Shown here: positions 38,845 to 51,884 of the stretch, piece after piece
Numbering within the stretch: the stretch's first letter is position 1
Layout: the number at the start of each line of letters is the position of its first letter
From: Tubiluchus corallicola
Lineage: Eukaryota; Animalia; Priapulida
Assembly: GCA_030141605.1 (NCBI GenBank)
Contig: JAQGDQ010002367.1
Location: 186,001-250,000, forward strand
Length of the DNA: 64,000 bases
Reading direction: 5' to 3'
Position numbers and translations under genes: made by a program
Notes under the pieces: model-generated
What the model was told of the DNA's origin: nothing
The model's database searches: none
Seen by the model: only the letters and a program-made list of their open reading frames with translations

Positions 38845-40760
38845 GTGTCTGTTTGCGAGAGCAACAACACGATCAATTTGATTTACAAATCGCACCAAAT
38901 ATCTTTGGCGTCAATTTGCTTTTACTATTCACTCGTCTTTAAATATACTTTTTGTTTCAACAGCTCGTTAACATACATCCTAGTCAGTAGTAATTTATTT
39001 ATGTTCCATTCACTTATATCTTTCGCAGATAGGCCCAACTTGTTGATATACACAGCCTTACATTCAAAAAGATGCTCGGTAGTATCCTCTGCTACCTGAC
39101 ATAGAGAACATTTAAGATCCTCTTTATACAGATTTTTGAAATTTACTTTAACATCTATCATACTAAGTCAAATTGACATAATATCTTTCATTTCGTCTAA
39201 CCTACATTTGTCTTTGGAAAGTTCTGTTTTTTAAAAATCTTAATTTTGTTATAGTATCTATTTTAGTTTTAAGCTCTCTTTCTATAAATAATTGAATTTC
39301 ATTCTTTACATACCATTTCCATCTAGATTTGGTTATTACATTTATATGCACTGTATGTATATCAATATTATATTCATTCATGATGTGTTTCATTTCTGAA
39401 TACCAACATTATTAAAGTTACTATTAATTTGCATTTTTAGCAGGGGCGGAACTAGGGGGGAGCGAGGGGGCACGCGCCCCCCTGTGAAAATTCGCCCCCC
39501 CTGCAAAATCGGATAAATAATTTTTTTGCAGTGAAAATTGCAGTTCGCATGTAATCATTTTCAATATGAATTAGAATTAGGTAAAAAATGTTTGGTAGCT
39601 TCAGTGTACGTGCAGACAAAACTCAGTGTGCATAGAGGTGCCTATCACAGTGTAGGCCTACAGGGACCACACACAGTCACAGGCTCTGCACACGGGCCAA
39701 CAGGTCTGTGTGCACAGCTATAGGATGCTGGTGTAGCAGCGGTATCATGCTGAAATTTGAGACTTTTTGAAAACTTTAGACTTTTTTGTCCAAGGAGTGT
39801 CGTTCCACATTTCATTTTGACATTATTTCCTGCGTATTATTTTCTTAAAACTTGTGTGTGATAAATTTCTGTAAATAACAATTTAGTTAGAGGCACATTA
39901 ATAACGTTATGTTAACTGAGAGTTAATTTTCTCATTAGTGCTCTGTCCGCTACACACATGCTAATTATAGGCCTGCATGCAGTATAAAAGGGGTTAAAAA
40001 TTGGCTTAACCATTATTTAACCACTTCGGATACCTCGCCCTCCCAGAAAATTTTTGCGCCCCCCCCCTGCTTGCCACATCTAGTTCCGCCCCTGATTTTT
40101 AGAACTTATTTTGCCATTCTTTCATCACTTGAGTTCATTAATAGATGATAATACGTTAATTTTTATAATCTACGATACAAATCATTGGCCAGATTTTTGT
40201 TTCACTTAACATGCCCCAATATGGCGTACTATCTTTTTGAATCTTTTTAAAATTTTTGCTAGTGCTTCTTTTTGTTTACTTTCTAATTTATCTATTTCTG
40301 ATTTGGTGAAATTGGTCCAAGTCTCAGCATTATTGATTATTGATGGTATTACTGTGTTTTCGTACAGCATTAGCCGAACAGCTGTAACAGTAGTTCCAAA
40401 CCAATTTATTATTACCAATTTTCATTATTTCTAAAATCATAAATTTCATTTTATCTTTTCTTTTTTCAAACATAAGCTGATAATTATTTTTGCTATTAAA
40501 CCAGTCTCCCGAGTATTTATATTCATGAGTTCGTGTAATTTGGCCATTTTTTTACATTCAATATTAGGTCTTTACTGTTTCTCTTTTTTGTCATATTAGT
40601 TGTCATGTAAGTTGAAGGTCATCATTTTTTGAGTTCTATCTCCCTAAAATTCTCTGCTGCTTTAATCATTGTTTCTGTAGTCCCTACTGATAACACGTCA
40701 TCCACATATAACAGGGTGCCAATTTCTAAATCAGGGCCAAACATTGTCACTGGATGATAC
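38845..40760 (-). mobile_element. LINE 3' part (RT YVDD to C-terminal CCHC knuckle), interrupted by a hAT MITE
   Basis: LLYVDDVLSVG at ~40690-40715; IPSIINNAETW; CSLCQVAEDTTEHLFEC. Confidence 0.8.
39441..40094. mobile_element. hAT MITE nested in a LINE
   Basis: Perfect 15-bp TIR CAGGGGCGGAACTAG; 8-bp TSD ATTTTTAG. Confidence 0.93.
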
Positions 40761-40807
40761 TGTATGTCTATTATATATATTATACTGTATATCTACACTG
40801 GATGGGC

Positions 40808-40821
40808 ATTGCTATGGTGAC
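40808..40821. promoter_or_regulatory. RFX X-box-like motif upstream of LRRC56
   Basis: ATTGCTATGGTGAC (reverse complement GTCACCATAGCAAT). Confidence 0.3.
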
Positions 40822-41390
40822 TGAGCAATTTTTTATCTGCCATCCACAGACGAGTTAAAAAAACAACGCAAGCGTGAACTTGCACTACTTGCAGTCGTAT
40901 GTTTCCCCATTTTGATAAATTTACACTTTGTATATATTTTATCGTTTTTTATATGTAAGTAATGTCAACGGATGTATTTTGATTTTGCCACTTCACAATG
41001 TAGGCTGGCTTAAGAGCTAAGACAGCCTGCCAGTCTCATCTTTTATAAAATAACGTATATTTTCTAAATGTTCTTAATAATAATAATAATAATAATAAAA
41101 TCCGTGGATCGGATACAGTTGCGGATTTTTCGGTACCGGATAACCGTGAAAGTGATAACCGCGGCTGTGCTAATGTCAGTGGACCTTAAGGCGCCATGTA
41201 CCGCACCAGCCCTTAAAGCGTATGGGTTAACGGAATGTCCAAATAACGCGCCAGAATCTGTCAGAAACTGAGACGAGTTTAACTTAGTGGCAGCGTCTGT
41301 CCCCCTTGTTTGTTTAATAATAATAATTTAAAATATAAATATGCTTTAAATAATTAATTGAACGCACATTATACAGTCAATAAAATAAAA

Positions 41391-41464
41391 TATCACTTTT
41401 ATTCCAACTCTAGAGTCAAGTATATATATATATACTTGGCTCTAGAGTTGGCATAAAAGTGATA
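41391..41464. repeat. 74-bp near-perfect palindrome centred on (TA)n
   Basis: Arms differ at only 2 positions. Confidence 0.9.
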
Positions 41465-41599
41465 ATCTTTATTTGCCATTAAAATACATTGATAATCACT
41501 GAATAAAGACTTTGCAGAGATGATCAATTAGTATTAGTTAATAAAAACGCACTGCTAAAAGCAAATGCATGGGTGCAATCTAAACTACTGTGCAGTAAC

Positions 41600-44030
41600 G
41601 AAAAGTAATGACGAATAAAAATAAAACATATCTACAAATAAAATAAAACTATTCACAAATATAAAAATTATGATTTAGTTAATATGGCCGTGGATACATA
41701 AATTCTGCATTGGTGTGTATGTTGTACTGGTGTAATGGTATTTCATATTTGGTTAATATTAATGATTTTAGTTTTGTTTTGAACGCTGATAGGGACCTGA
41801 TTTGTTTAACCTGTAATGGTAGAATTCCAAAGTAGAATTGCTTGCTTGATTATAGAGTTCGTTCCATAGTGGGTATTTGTCCTAATTTGTTTTAGATTGC
41901 TTGTACTGGAGCCGACGATAGGATTTGGAAAAAATCTATTATCTTGAAATGCTATGTTGATGTTGTTAATGTATTTATATAAAAAGAGCAGAGTAAAATA
42001 TTCTTTCTGTGCTTCAATGACACTAAGTTTTAAGGTTTTTCTTAGGTTAGTTGTTGAAGCTTTCGGAGATGTGATGTGCTAGATGCCATTTTTGTGTATA
42101 TGTTATTAAAGTGCTTATCACATAAAAGTCTATTGTCTCCCTGTTTGCCCAGAAATTTAACATTATTAGTTTGTTCGATTACATCATTGTCTATTGTTAA
42201 GTGGTTGATGACGAGTCAATAGTACTTAATGAGGATAACAGTATCATGAATTCCGTTTTATCAGTATTCATTTTTAGCTTGTAGTGGCTAAATGCGATAT
42301 TTTTATTTCCTATATCTTTTTTTAGATAATTTGGATATTTTCATGGGTTAGTAGATTGTAGTGTCATCAGCGTATTGTGTAATTTGTGAGTGTTGTAATA
42401 CACTGGATATGTTGCTTATATATGGGCAAAATAATAACGGACCCAATAATATTCCTTATGATATACCTCTGTCTAACATAGCCCAGTCAGAAAAGTTGGC
42501 TGTATCTAACTTTACTCGTTGTTGTCTATTTCTGAGATAAGTTTGTATCAGTTTTAATAATATCGAATCAAATCTGATTTGTTTTAAGTTATCGAAAAGT
42601 AGTTTGAGATTAATACTATCGAATGCTTTACTTAAATCTAAAAATGCCGCTAAAATGTATTATTTGTCGACAGAGCTGTGTCTCCAGTTTTCTGTAAGTG
42701 TCTATTAGGGCGTCAATGGTTGAATGGTGTTTACGGAAGCCAAACTGATGTTTTGATAAAAGTTCATGTTTATTTACATATGAACTTATCTGATCATAAA
42801 TAATCCTTTCCCAAATTTACAAAAACAATGTATTACAGAAACTGGGCGATAATTCATGGGGTCACATTTTGAGACTTTTATTGTGGGTTCGAGTCACGCT
42901 TGCCATTTTCCATGCAGTTGGAAATCCGCCTCTCATAATTATCTGATTAGCAATGAAATTCATATGCGTGGCTATTACAGGTGCACTATATTTTAGAATT
43001 TTGATAGGAATATCTGATGGTCCACTCCCTTTGTTAGAATTTAGGTTATTTAATATGTCCATAATTTCTCCTACTGTAACGCTTGTGAATGAAAATAATG
43101 TGTTAGTCGATTTGTTTTTGAATTTAATTATATTATTGTTAATTTGAGAAGCCACTCTCCTAACATTTAACATGTTGACAATATCTTTGGGCTCAGTAAT
43201 AACAGTGTTGTTGATTTTAACTGTGTTAATACGCGTTAGTTTGTTGCACATTTATTTATTCCATTGTTAATAGTTTTCCATTTTTCTTTAGTATTTGTTG
43301 CGTTTTTACATTGTTGTCGTATATGTTTATTTTTCAATCATTTATTAAGATTATTAAACTGATTTCTCATTTTTTTTAATTGTTATGATTGTTTTAGTTT
43401 TGGTCTTTTTCCATACATGATATTATATTATACATTGTTCTTGACAAAGTGCTCGAACTCGTTTGTAACTTATTTTTAAAACTTTATTTTAATTCGAAGT
43501 AGTATCATAACGGTATAGAAAAAATTATAACAGCAATATGTCAGTCCTGCTTCGTATCAAAAATGGAACTCCCTCGCTAACCTGTTTGGTACAGAGAGAA
43601 TCGAAATAAGCCAGCCGTGACGTCACATTCATACTTTTAAAGTTTAAATTACTGGCCTACTACAGTGCATATTTTTTAACATACATTATAATATATTATA
43701 TATTACAATATATATAATTATATATATTATACAGTCTATAAATTATACAGACGCACAAATATATTATACATTCTATTTTTGCTATTCTTAGTTTTTCAAG
43801 TTCAGGTGTTGTCCAGCTGCTTTTGTTATTGAGTTTACTTAGCTGTGGGAATTGTTTTACGTTTTTATATGGTGCATGTACATCAAGGCAATGTTCGACA
43901 TTATTAACCAGAGTGTTTACATGTGTACGTATTTCATCAGTCATGTATATAGAGGTCCGGGCCATTTTTGCTAAATCGATTAAGTATGAATGTTGTTGTA
44001 TTGGGTATAGTCTCTCATTAAATGCCAAGC
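41600..44030 (-). mobile_element. Decayed CR1/L2/Crack-type LINE with an internal insertion (~43440-43700)
   Basis: GPSDIPIKILK, FPTAWKMA, NYRPVSV, DLSKAFDSIN, GPLLF, QYADDTT. Confidence 0.8.
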
Positions 44031-44819
44031 TGAATTAAATATTTTATAAAGGCAAGTTATTATCATATCACACTCACTGTACTCATTCATTTATGACAAA
44101 CGTTGCTCTTAAAATAGCAAATAGAAAAATAATAAACCAAAAAGGTGATGAAAATGGCTTTACTTTGGGCAAAGCAAAACTAGACAAAAGTTAATAAATA
44201 CTGGAATTTTTTCTCAATTAAGCACATTTTAAAGTTAAATTTAGGTGTCTTAGCAAACTTAATCCACCTACACTGATTAATGCATTAACGAATTATTATA
44301 ATTTTATAGTAATTAAACAAATTATTAGAAACCCACAATTAAAATCTGATACCAAGCTCAATGTCCTACAGCCTACAAGAGATCCGCCGGTTGTCCCGTT
44401 TCACAAATTTAGCACATGCGCAATAACACTAGTGCAGTCTATGAGGTAATGCGGTAGACGGCGCCCTATAAGTCTGCTGTTTGTTGTGCGTTATTATGGT
44501 GAATAATGGTTTTATTCAAAATTTATATTAGTTACAGTCAAGTACACTGTAATTCTGTTGATAAAATTTCAAAATGAATTAGTAGGGATAGTCAAGCAAT
44601 GCGTAATGCTGTAAAATAAATGTGGTTAGTTACTTGAATTTGTTCAAACTTTTCATAAAAAAATATTGGCTACCTAAAGCATAACTATCTTGAAGCCCTT
44701 AATCTCTCCTTAAATTGGTTTAAATTTGGTGCACTGACAATATTCTCTGGTAAGCTATGTCCACTACACGAAGAGAAAAGAAAATTGTAAAGTCATTGAC
44801 AGGTAACAAAGCTGCACAG

Positions 44820-47136
44820 ATTTAAGCAAAATAAACTATTTTATTGAAAACAGTAAAGAAGTTTCACAGCAACAGACTCATCAGCTTAAGGTTGTATTGT
44901 TACAGCTGGCTTACAACAGGGAAGCCCAGATTGAGCGGAGGCTAACAGTTAAGTAGTAATGCCTATGTCACAAGTAGGATGTAACCAAAGTGACGGGGGA
45001 GTGGTGGCACAATTGAAACCATAGTGCTCTTACAAAATCTTATAGTTAGTGCTTACGTAGGGTTTAAACAATTTCTTTGAGTGACGATAAGTGGACTGTA
45101 AAGACACAGCTTTCTCGCACGAAAGTAATATCCCCATTCAGGTACTTATATACCTCGTGTAAATAAGCCGTTTCTCTTTGCTGTAGGAAAGGAAAGTGCA
45201 TATCTCTGTACGTATATCAACTGTATAACATGAATATTGGCTTCTGGGACTTTCTGTAATCGCTTGATATCAGACTGAAATGAAGGAGACCAGACTACGC
45301 TTGAATACTTCAGCATGCGTCGTATGTCTGCCTTATACAGAGTTAAAACTGTTTCGACTCACGATTAACAAAAGATCGCTAGATCAAACCAATCAGCCTG
45401 TTTGCCTTCTTACATGTTTTAGTTATATAAGCAGAAGGTTTAAGGTCGTGAGAAGTAATTACACCAAGATCATTATGTTGTAAAACATTTGTTAACTCTT
45501 TGGCATTCAAATAATACTGCACTGGAATTTGTGCTTTAAATTGTAACACTACACATTTGTCAGCATTAAGCTGCATCAGCAATTACAACTGGAACTACAA
45601 ATCCTGCTGAAGGCAGAATGAATCAACTGTAGAAAGCACTTTGGTGTATGCTTTAGTTTCATTGGTAGAACATACTAATATCCAGAGTGACTGAATCTGG
45701 TAGATCATTAACGAACAGTAAAAACAAAATAGATTCTAATACAAATCCTTACGGAACTCTGCTAGTAACATGGCTCCAACTAGAACATGTGCCATTTATG
45801 ACCACCTGCTATCAATGATTAACTAAGAAAGCCTTTATCCATTTAAGAATACAACCTCTAATAGTAATGTAGACTTTTAGCTAGTAAAAGCTTATGTGGC
45901 ACGGTGGCGAAGGATTTATGACAGTCAAGGTATATCACGTCTACACCTTCTCGTAGGTTATCACAAGTCGTAGTCCAAACATCAAGGACTTCAATGAGAT
46001 TAGATGAGCAAGATTTACATTTCTGCAACCCATGGTTATGCAGATTGATCAAGTTCTCAGCTAAACAAAACTCAACGAATTGTTCCTGAATTACATTCTA
46101 ATGTCTTCACTATGATGCTTGTCAAAGAAACTGGATGATGATTGCTTAATTTCCTTGGACCCTTTTTTGGCAGTAGAGACGCATTGGCATCACATCAATC
46201 CTGTGACAGTTGTGATGAATCTAAGGACTTTCTGAACAAGAAATAAAACGGTTTGCCAAGGACATGTGCACAATTCGTCTACATCAGTGGAATGATTTCA
46301 TTGAGACGTTTTGCTTTAGTTGCATCTATTTTTTGTCGCTGCTTTATTGCAGAGTGAATGGAAAAGTTCACTTTCTCAAACACCCGACTAAGAGTTGGGC
46401 CTACACATTCAGACTGACGTTAGATTTTGCAATAAATACTGACGTGAAAAAATCGTTTAAACTTCAGCTTTATCCACTAAAGTCCTCCACTAAGACTTTA
46501 TCAGCAGACCTAAGTAAATTATCAATAGAATTCTTAGGCTTTATGAACTGGTTGGTGTAGTTGAAAAAATTCTAGGGTTAGGTTTGGCATTTAAAACCAA
46601 GTTTCTCTCATATATTTTACAAGATTCAATCAAAGAGTTCCCAAGGCTTTAGTAGACTCATTGAAGAGTGATTTGTGTGCGTAAGAATGATAATGAGTAT
46701 ACTTCTTCCATGCTTTAGCCTTTTGTTTGCACTTTTATGTTACAATTGCTGACTTCTGCCATGCCGGTTTAACAGATGTACCAGCTGAAAACTGCTTTGC
46801 AGGGATATCATTTACAACAGTATTATATCTATTGACAAATAGACTTCAGCAACTGTCTATATCTCTACCACAAAAATCTTGTTCCCAATGATAAGCACTG
46901 AATGCATTATTAGCATATCTAAAATTGGCCTTGCTAAACAATTTAACAACTTTGTTATAGTTATTGGTATTTACGTAACTACATATGTCCATTCAAAGTA
47001 TATAGAATTATGATCACTAGTATCATTATGAGCAGCTGACAAAACTCATTGTGCTAATAGATTATCTTCAAGTGTATTTAAAAATAATTCACTAGAACTA
47101 GTATAATTTACCCAATCTATATATATATATCATATA

Positions 47137-47170
<34 letters not shown>

Positions 47171-47680
47171 TTTTTATTCATACTCATGGTACAATCACAT
47201 CAAATAAACAAACAGATCAACAAGCAAAATAACATTTATTAACAAGATTAGCAAGCAATGTCTGGTAAATTAAAATCTCCTAATACGACAAAAGGAGAAG
47301 TAACCAAAAGAAGAAGCTTGCGCAATACTTTCACAAATATTAGTAAGGTTTACCAAATCACCACTTGGAATACGGCAACGTACTCCCAAAGTAATTTTGT
47401 TACAACTAGACAAATGTCAGGTGATCCACAAAATTTCACCATTACAGACAATATCCCTGTTAAGCCCAGGACAAAAAACAGATTTAACCAAAAACAAAAC
47501 ACCACTACCACCTTTTGATGGTTCGGTAGCTAGACGATCTCATAATCATGTGGTACGAATTCAGAAGAATCAATGTCACCATGGAACTACGTGTCGGTTA
47601 CAGCTACAATATCGGGATTATTAGTGTAAATAAAATACAATAAGTCCGAATACTTATCTTGCATTAAAATAATAACAAAC
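44820..47680 (-). mobile_element. Decayed CR1-type LINE (APE to RT)
   Basis: VLGDFNLPDI, DVIYLDCHKSFATVPH, FVNDLPD, LNADKCVVL, DLGVITSHDLK; (TA)n inside at ~47118-47168. Confidence 0.8.
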
Positions 47681-48262
47681 TAATTTTTTTAACATTTACA
47701 TTAGATTGTTCAGCTAATACACCTGGTCAATCATGTGCTTCTATACCTTCCTGCAAAATAGTAGTCATAATTGACAACAGTGTCTGTGTCACTATTGCTG
47801 TCAGACACCTCCCTAGAATAGGGAAATTCTGACCATTTTAAAAGAAAATTAAAAATACTTCGGGTTTAGGTATTTTTTGGTCCCTAGATGATCAATCATT
47901 TGCACATTTAATTTGCCTATAACCATTCCCTGACACTGCCACCTAATTTTTGCCAGCTTCAGAGTATAAGTGAATAAAATAAAAAAGGCTTAATTGTAAA
48001 ATTTTATGGTAAAAAATATAGTGAATTTTTTGCACAGATTTGGAAGGAAAACATAATTTTTACTGAAATTCCAAAATCCCTGTTAACCTGAGTCTGAAAT
48101 CATGCAAACATTATGACGTTAATGAAAAAGAAGACGGATTTCACTTTAGTAGACAGATTTAGATCTTTAGTACAGGATATAATCAGCAAACTAAACATTT
48201 ACTTTGTGAGATTTCTAACGTTAATTTTTCATTCACTGACATTCGTCAGTTTTTTATAAATA

Positions 48263-49435
48263 CAGTAGGTGCCATTTATTAAGCACACTGTTAATAGGAT
48301 CAGTCGCTTAACTAACTCAAAAACACAGGCTGCTTCTATTCAAATGTATATAAAAACTAACGGTAATTGACTCACATAACTCCGCATGACTGACTCAATA
48401 TTTTGCTTCACACCCTTAAAGTAAGACATTGTGTGTGACCAATAAGCTTTTATAGCTTTTGCGTAGAAACAATAATGTTAAGTGCCATTTTGTTTGTAAG
48501 CAAGAACGTCTGTCATGCGCATATGGGCTAGCCTAGCGGTTTTGCTGTGACTGGCCCATCCGCTGCAATTAACCGCCTTACCCAAGAATTTCTGGAAGCT
48601 AAACATTTAATTACTTGTCTAGCAGTTTACTTTTGAGACTCTCTCTGCCTTTCACAGAATGTTTAATCGATTAGCTGTTGCTGTTATCCAAGGGATAACG
48701 GTAGTGTATACAATAAAGTGTTGCAAAGTTGTTGGTAGATTACTGTACAAACTCGAATGCTTGGATGGCAGCTGTGTTATTTAATGAATGGTTAGCGAAA
48801 TAGAAGCCGGGCTTAAAGTGGAAAATCACTGTACCCATGTACTTCATTAAAACAGTGGATTAAAAGAAATGTGGTCAAGAGTTTTAGAAGCGATAGATTC
48901 CTATGACGTAACTTCTTAGTTAAGCGCAAATGACCTGGCTAAAAAACCTGCCTTCTCAATTCACTGAATTTATTGGCTGTCCTTGAGTAATGTCACTGAA
49001 CACACGATTCAGAACTGCCTCACTTCACTCGCCAACAACTGCAGTTTCAGCAGGCCAAGCACTAAGTATTTTAACGGAATGTGTGCATCACCTAGCAACA
49101 GATTTTCAACATTTTTATCATTATGAGGACTTTGCAACCCGACTTCTTCGCAAAAAATGAAGCAGCCAACCTTGAAGGAGTTTTTGTAAATAAACAGATT
49201 TGTGTGATTTAGAAAAGAAAACTTTTTTATTAATTCACTTTGTAAATTTATATTTTTAAATAACTGGATAGGAATTTAGGCATTACTTTGCTTTCTGAAA
49301 TTCATTAAAAGCCTTTGCAGTGCATACTAAACTGATGATTCATGCTTCTGTACTAGTAATACTACTTCTGTCAGTTAATAGATTCAGTCTGTTAATTGGG
49401 TCAAAATACGTGGGTCCCAAAGTGACTACCTACTG
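48263..49435 (+). mobile_element. pogo/Tigger-family copy D
   Basis: TA|CAGTAGGTGCC...CTACTG|TA; DYCTNSNAWMAAVLF remnant. Confidence 0.85.
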
Positions 49436-51770
49436 TAGCTGAGAACAGTACAAAAACAGTAACTATTAGCATGGTAACTAAATTCATTTGTGATATCTTT
49501 ACAATGAGAGATGCACTTGATTCCTTAAAATAACAAAACTGAGTGTGTACATTATTATTCTGTTAAATGATGATTTAGGAACATTATTGCTATGTACACT
49601 GTACAACATTGCTGTAATTTTGTAATAAATGAAAATTTGATACAAAGTTTAGCTGGCTGGAGTATAGCTAATATAGTTTTTTGTATGGGAAAGTTTAATT
49701 TAGAATCACATGTTTAGCTAGTTCAAATACTTCTACTAGTTCAGCTTCAGGCTGACTCATATACATTAAATTTCACAAATTTTAGAAATACATATCCTTT
49801 TAAAATTACAGTAAGTCTTTGCTTAACAATGCTGTTGCATTTCCTGTGTTCCAATTTATTTTTTATAGTCACCTGACACTTGTGTCACATTTGCTTGTCT
49901 ATTCACAATTTTTCGCACGAGTGCCTAAAACTTGCTACTTCATAGACATTATTTACAATCTTTTGCACCATAGCTTAACATTTTTATTTTGATAGCTGAT
50001 GTAATGTTCTTTCTTCGTTACTGCTGACTGGGGTGAATTGTCCTATAGGGTAGTCATTAAAACTGACATTGTTATGTTTGTCATACAGAGTTTTGTCCTT
50101 AAAAGTTTCACTAGTAGTGTTAAGATTCAGCATTGAAGCTGCTATGTTAGTCTCACCTTCTCGATTTAACTCCACTTCTTAGTTTTACGTGGCAGTAATG
50201 ATATTTGAGAGTGTTATAAAAGTTGCCCAAAAATAGCACGTCATCAATAAAGCAGAGATGTCTAGATAATTCTCTGCATATGCCACACTTTGTCCAGTTT
50301 TCTTCTTTAATTTAAATTCATAGTACTTAGTAGTTTATTGACTATAAATGCTGGTATATGCCTTTTTAGGCTATCTTTGTTTACTTGTATATTATTCACG
50401 TCTTCCATTCCTCTCCTGTAAAGATAAACTAACACCCTCTATCGTACATCAGCTATTTGTTGCTGATTTGCATTAGGGTCCATAATAATGCATCCAGTGT
50501 CATCTAGTTTCTTGGTCTATACAGCTAAGTTTCAAGATAGTGGCAAACACGTGCGATACTGTATCACACCTGCTGATTACAGGAGCAACAGTAATGGAAT
50601 GGCACCCCCACCCAAACTTCTACAAATATTACAATGTCCCATACTACCTTTGTGCAGCAGAATGTAATTCTCCTTGTGTCTTTGCCGTTTTTGTATTGTT
50701 CTGTAAAGCTATATCATGCAACAACTCGCCCCACCTGGTCTATTGTGATCGATTGACTCTCATCCAGCTATTTAGGAGCCTTTCGGTAAAGGTTTGGTCT
50801 AACTAAAATATCATTTATGTTAATGATCAAGTTCTTCTACTAGACAGTTGTGTCATGCTAATTCTGTTGTATATGGCAGTAAGATGTGCACCTTTTCTGC
50901 TGATAGCTCAGCTACCTTGACTTTTGCCACTGAAGTCACCTATGTGTCATACGTTGCATCTGCTAATATGACTTTGATACCAATGAGGAATTGTGCTGGG
51001 TGTGAGTAACCAATTCCAGTGATCACCGTTCCTATCAGACGTTAAATCATAATTTCCTTCTAGGATCAATTGTTTAGAAGCAATCGATTTTTGACCTCCA
51101 TAGGCACCATCTAGAAAGGAAATGATATTTATGGACACTGATGACATGCATGGTCAATCTGTAACTGATTTTCATTTCTATTACAAGTACTGGTAATGAA
51201 AAATCAATTATAGTGACCCATTTTTAACAAAAGTGAAGCCATGATGTTCCTAATTACGTCATTATAATATTTGACGTTATCATGAAACTTGCAAAAATGC
51301 TGTCGTTTTCACCTATGACCCAGGAAGTGCCATCTTGGATTTATGCATATATTTCAAAAGTAGCAAAGCCGATTTTGGCAGATTTTTTTTGTTGTGGGTA
51401 CCTGAAACTACATTCTAATCTAACAGAATCTGAAGAGAAAAATTCTATTGCAATTTGTTCTAGATACCCTCTTACTAGGAATTCTCTCCACCCACTCACT
51501 ATGAAGCACGTTTTTGATTGGAAAATTTGGAATGTTCAGTATCTTTTTTTGCACTTTTTGAAAACAATTGCTCATTGTTAGAATTCTTAGGAATTGATCA
51601 TAGAACAAATACTTAGTTTTGCTTCATTTTTAGCAAAAAGGCAATCATGTTATCTAGTGCATACTTTCCTCCTTTGTTGGCTTATCTTTGTAATTATATC
51701 ATGGTTGTATTTTTTCTATTCAGATGTTTTGCCATATAACCTTAAATGTATCTAAGGATCTAACAGGATC

Positions 51771-51884
51771 ATGTCACAGTCCTACAACAATGATATGGGA
51801 TTTCTAAATGATTCTAACGATGCGGACGAGAAGGAGGAAGAAGACAGGCATGATTTTGAAGAGATGATAACTCCAGACAGATTG
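51771..51884 (+). CDS. LRRC56: LRRC56 first coding exon (MSQSYNND...MITPDRL); exon starts at 51724
   Basis: tttcag acceptor at 51723, gtaagc donor. Confidence 0.8.

Noticed and set aside
43617-43626. Perfect CRE palindrome GTGACGTCAC as an LRRC56 regulatory site
   Set aside because: Lies in a small insertion within a decayed LINE; no support for function.
44840-44895. Hammerhead-like CUGAUGA...GAAA on the minus strand
   Set aside because: Stem II does not pair well and no stem I partner follows a UH triplet; it lies in a CR1 3' region.
49980-51200. Possible decayed LINE on the minus strand
   Set aside because: Only vague motif traces; could not support a call.
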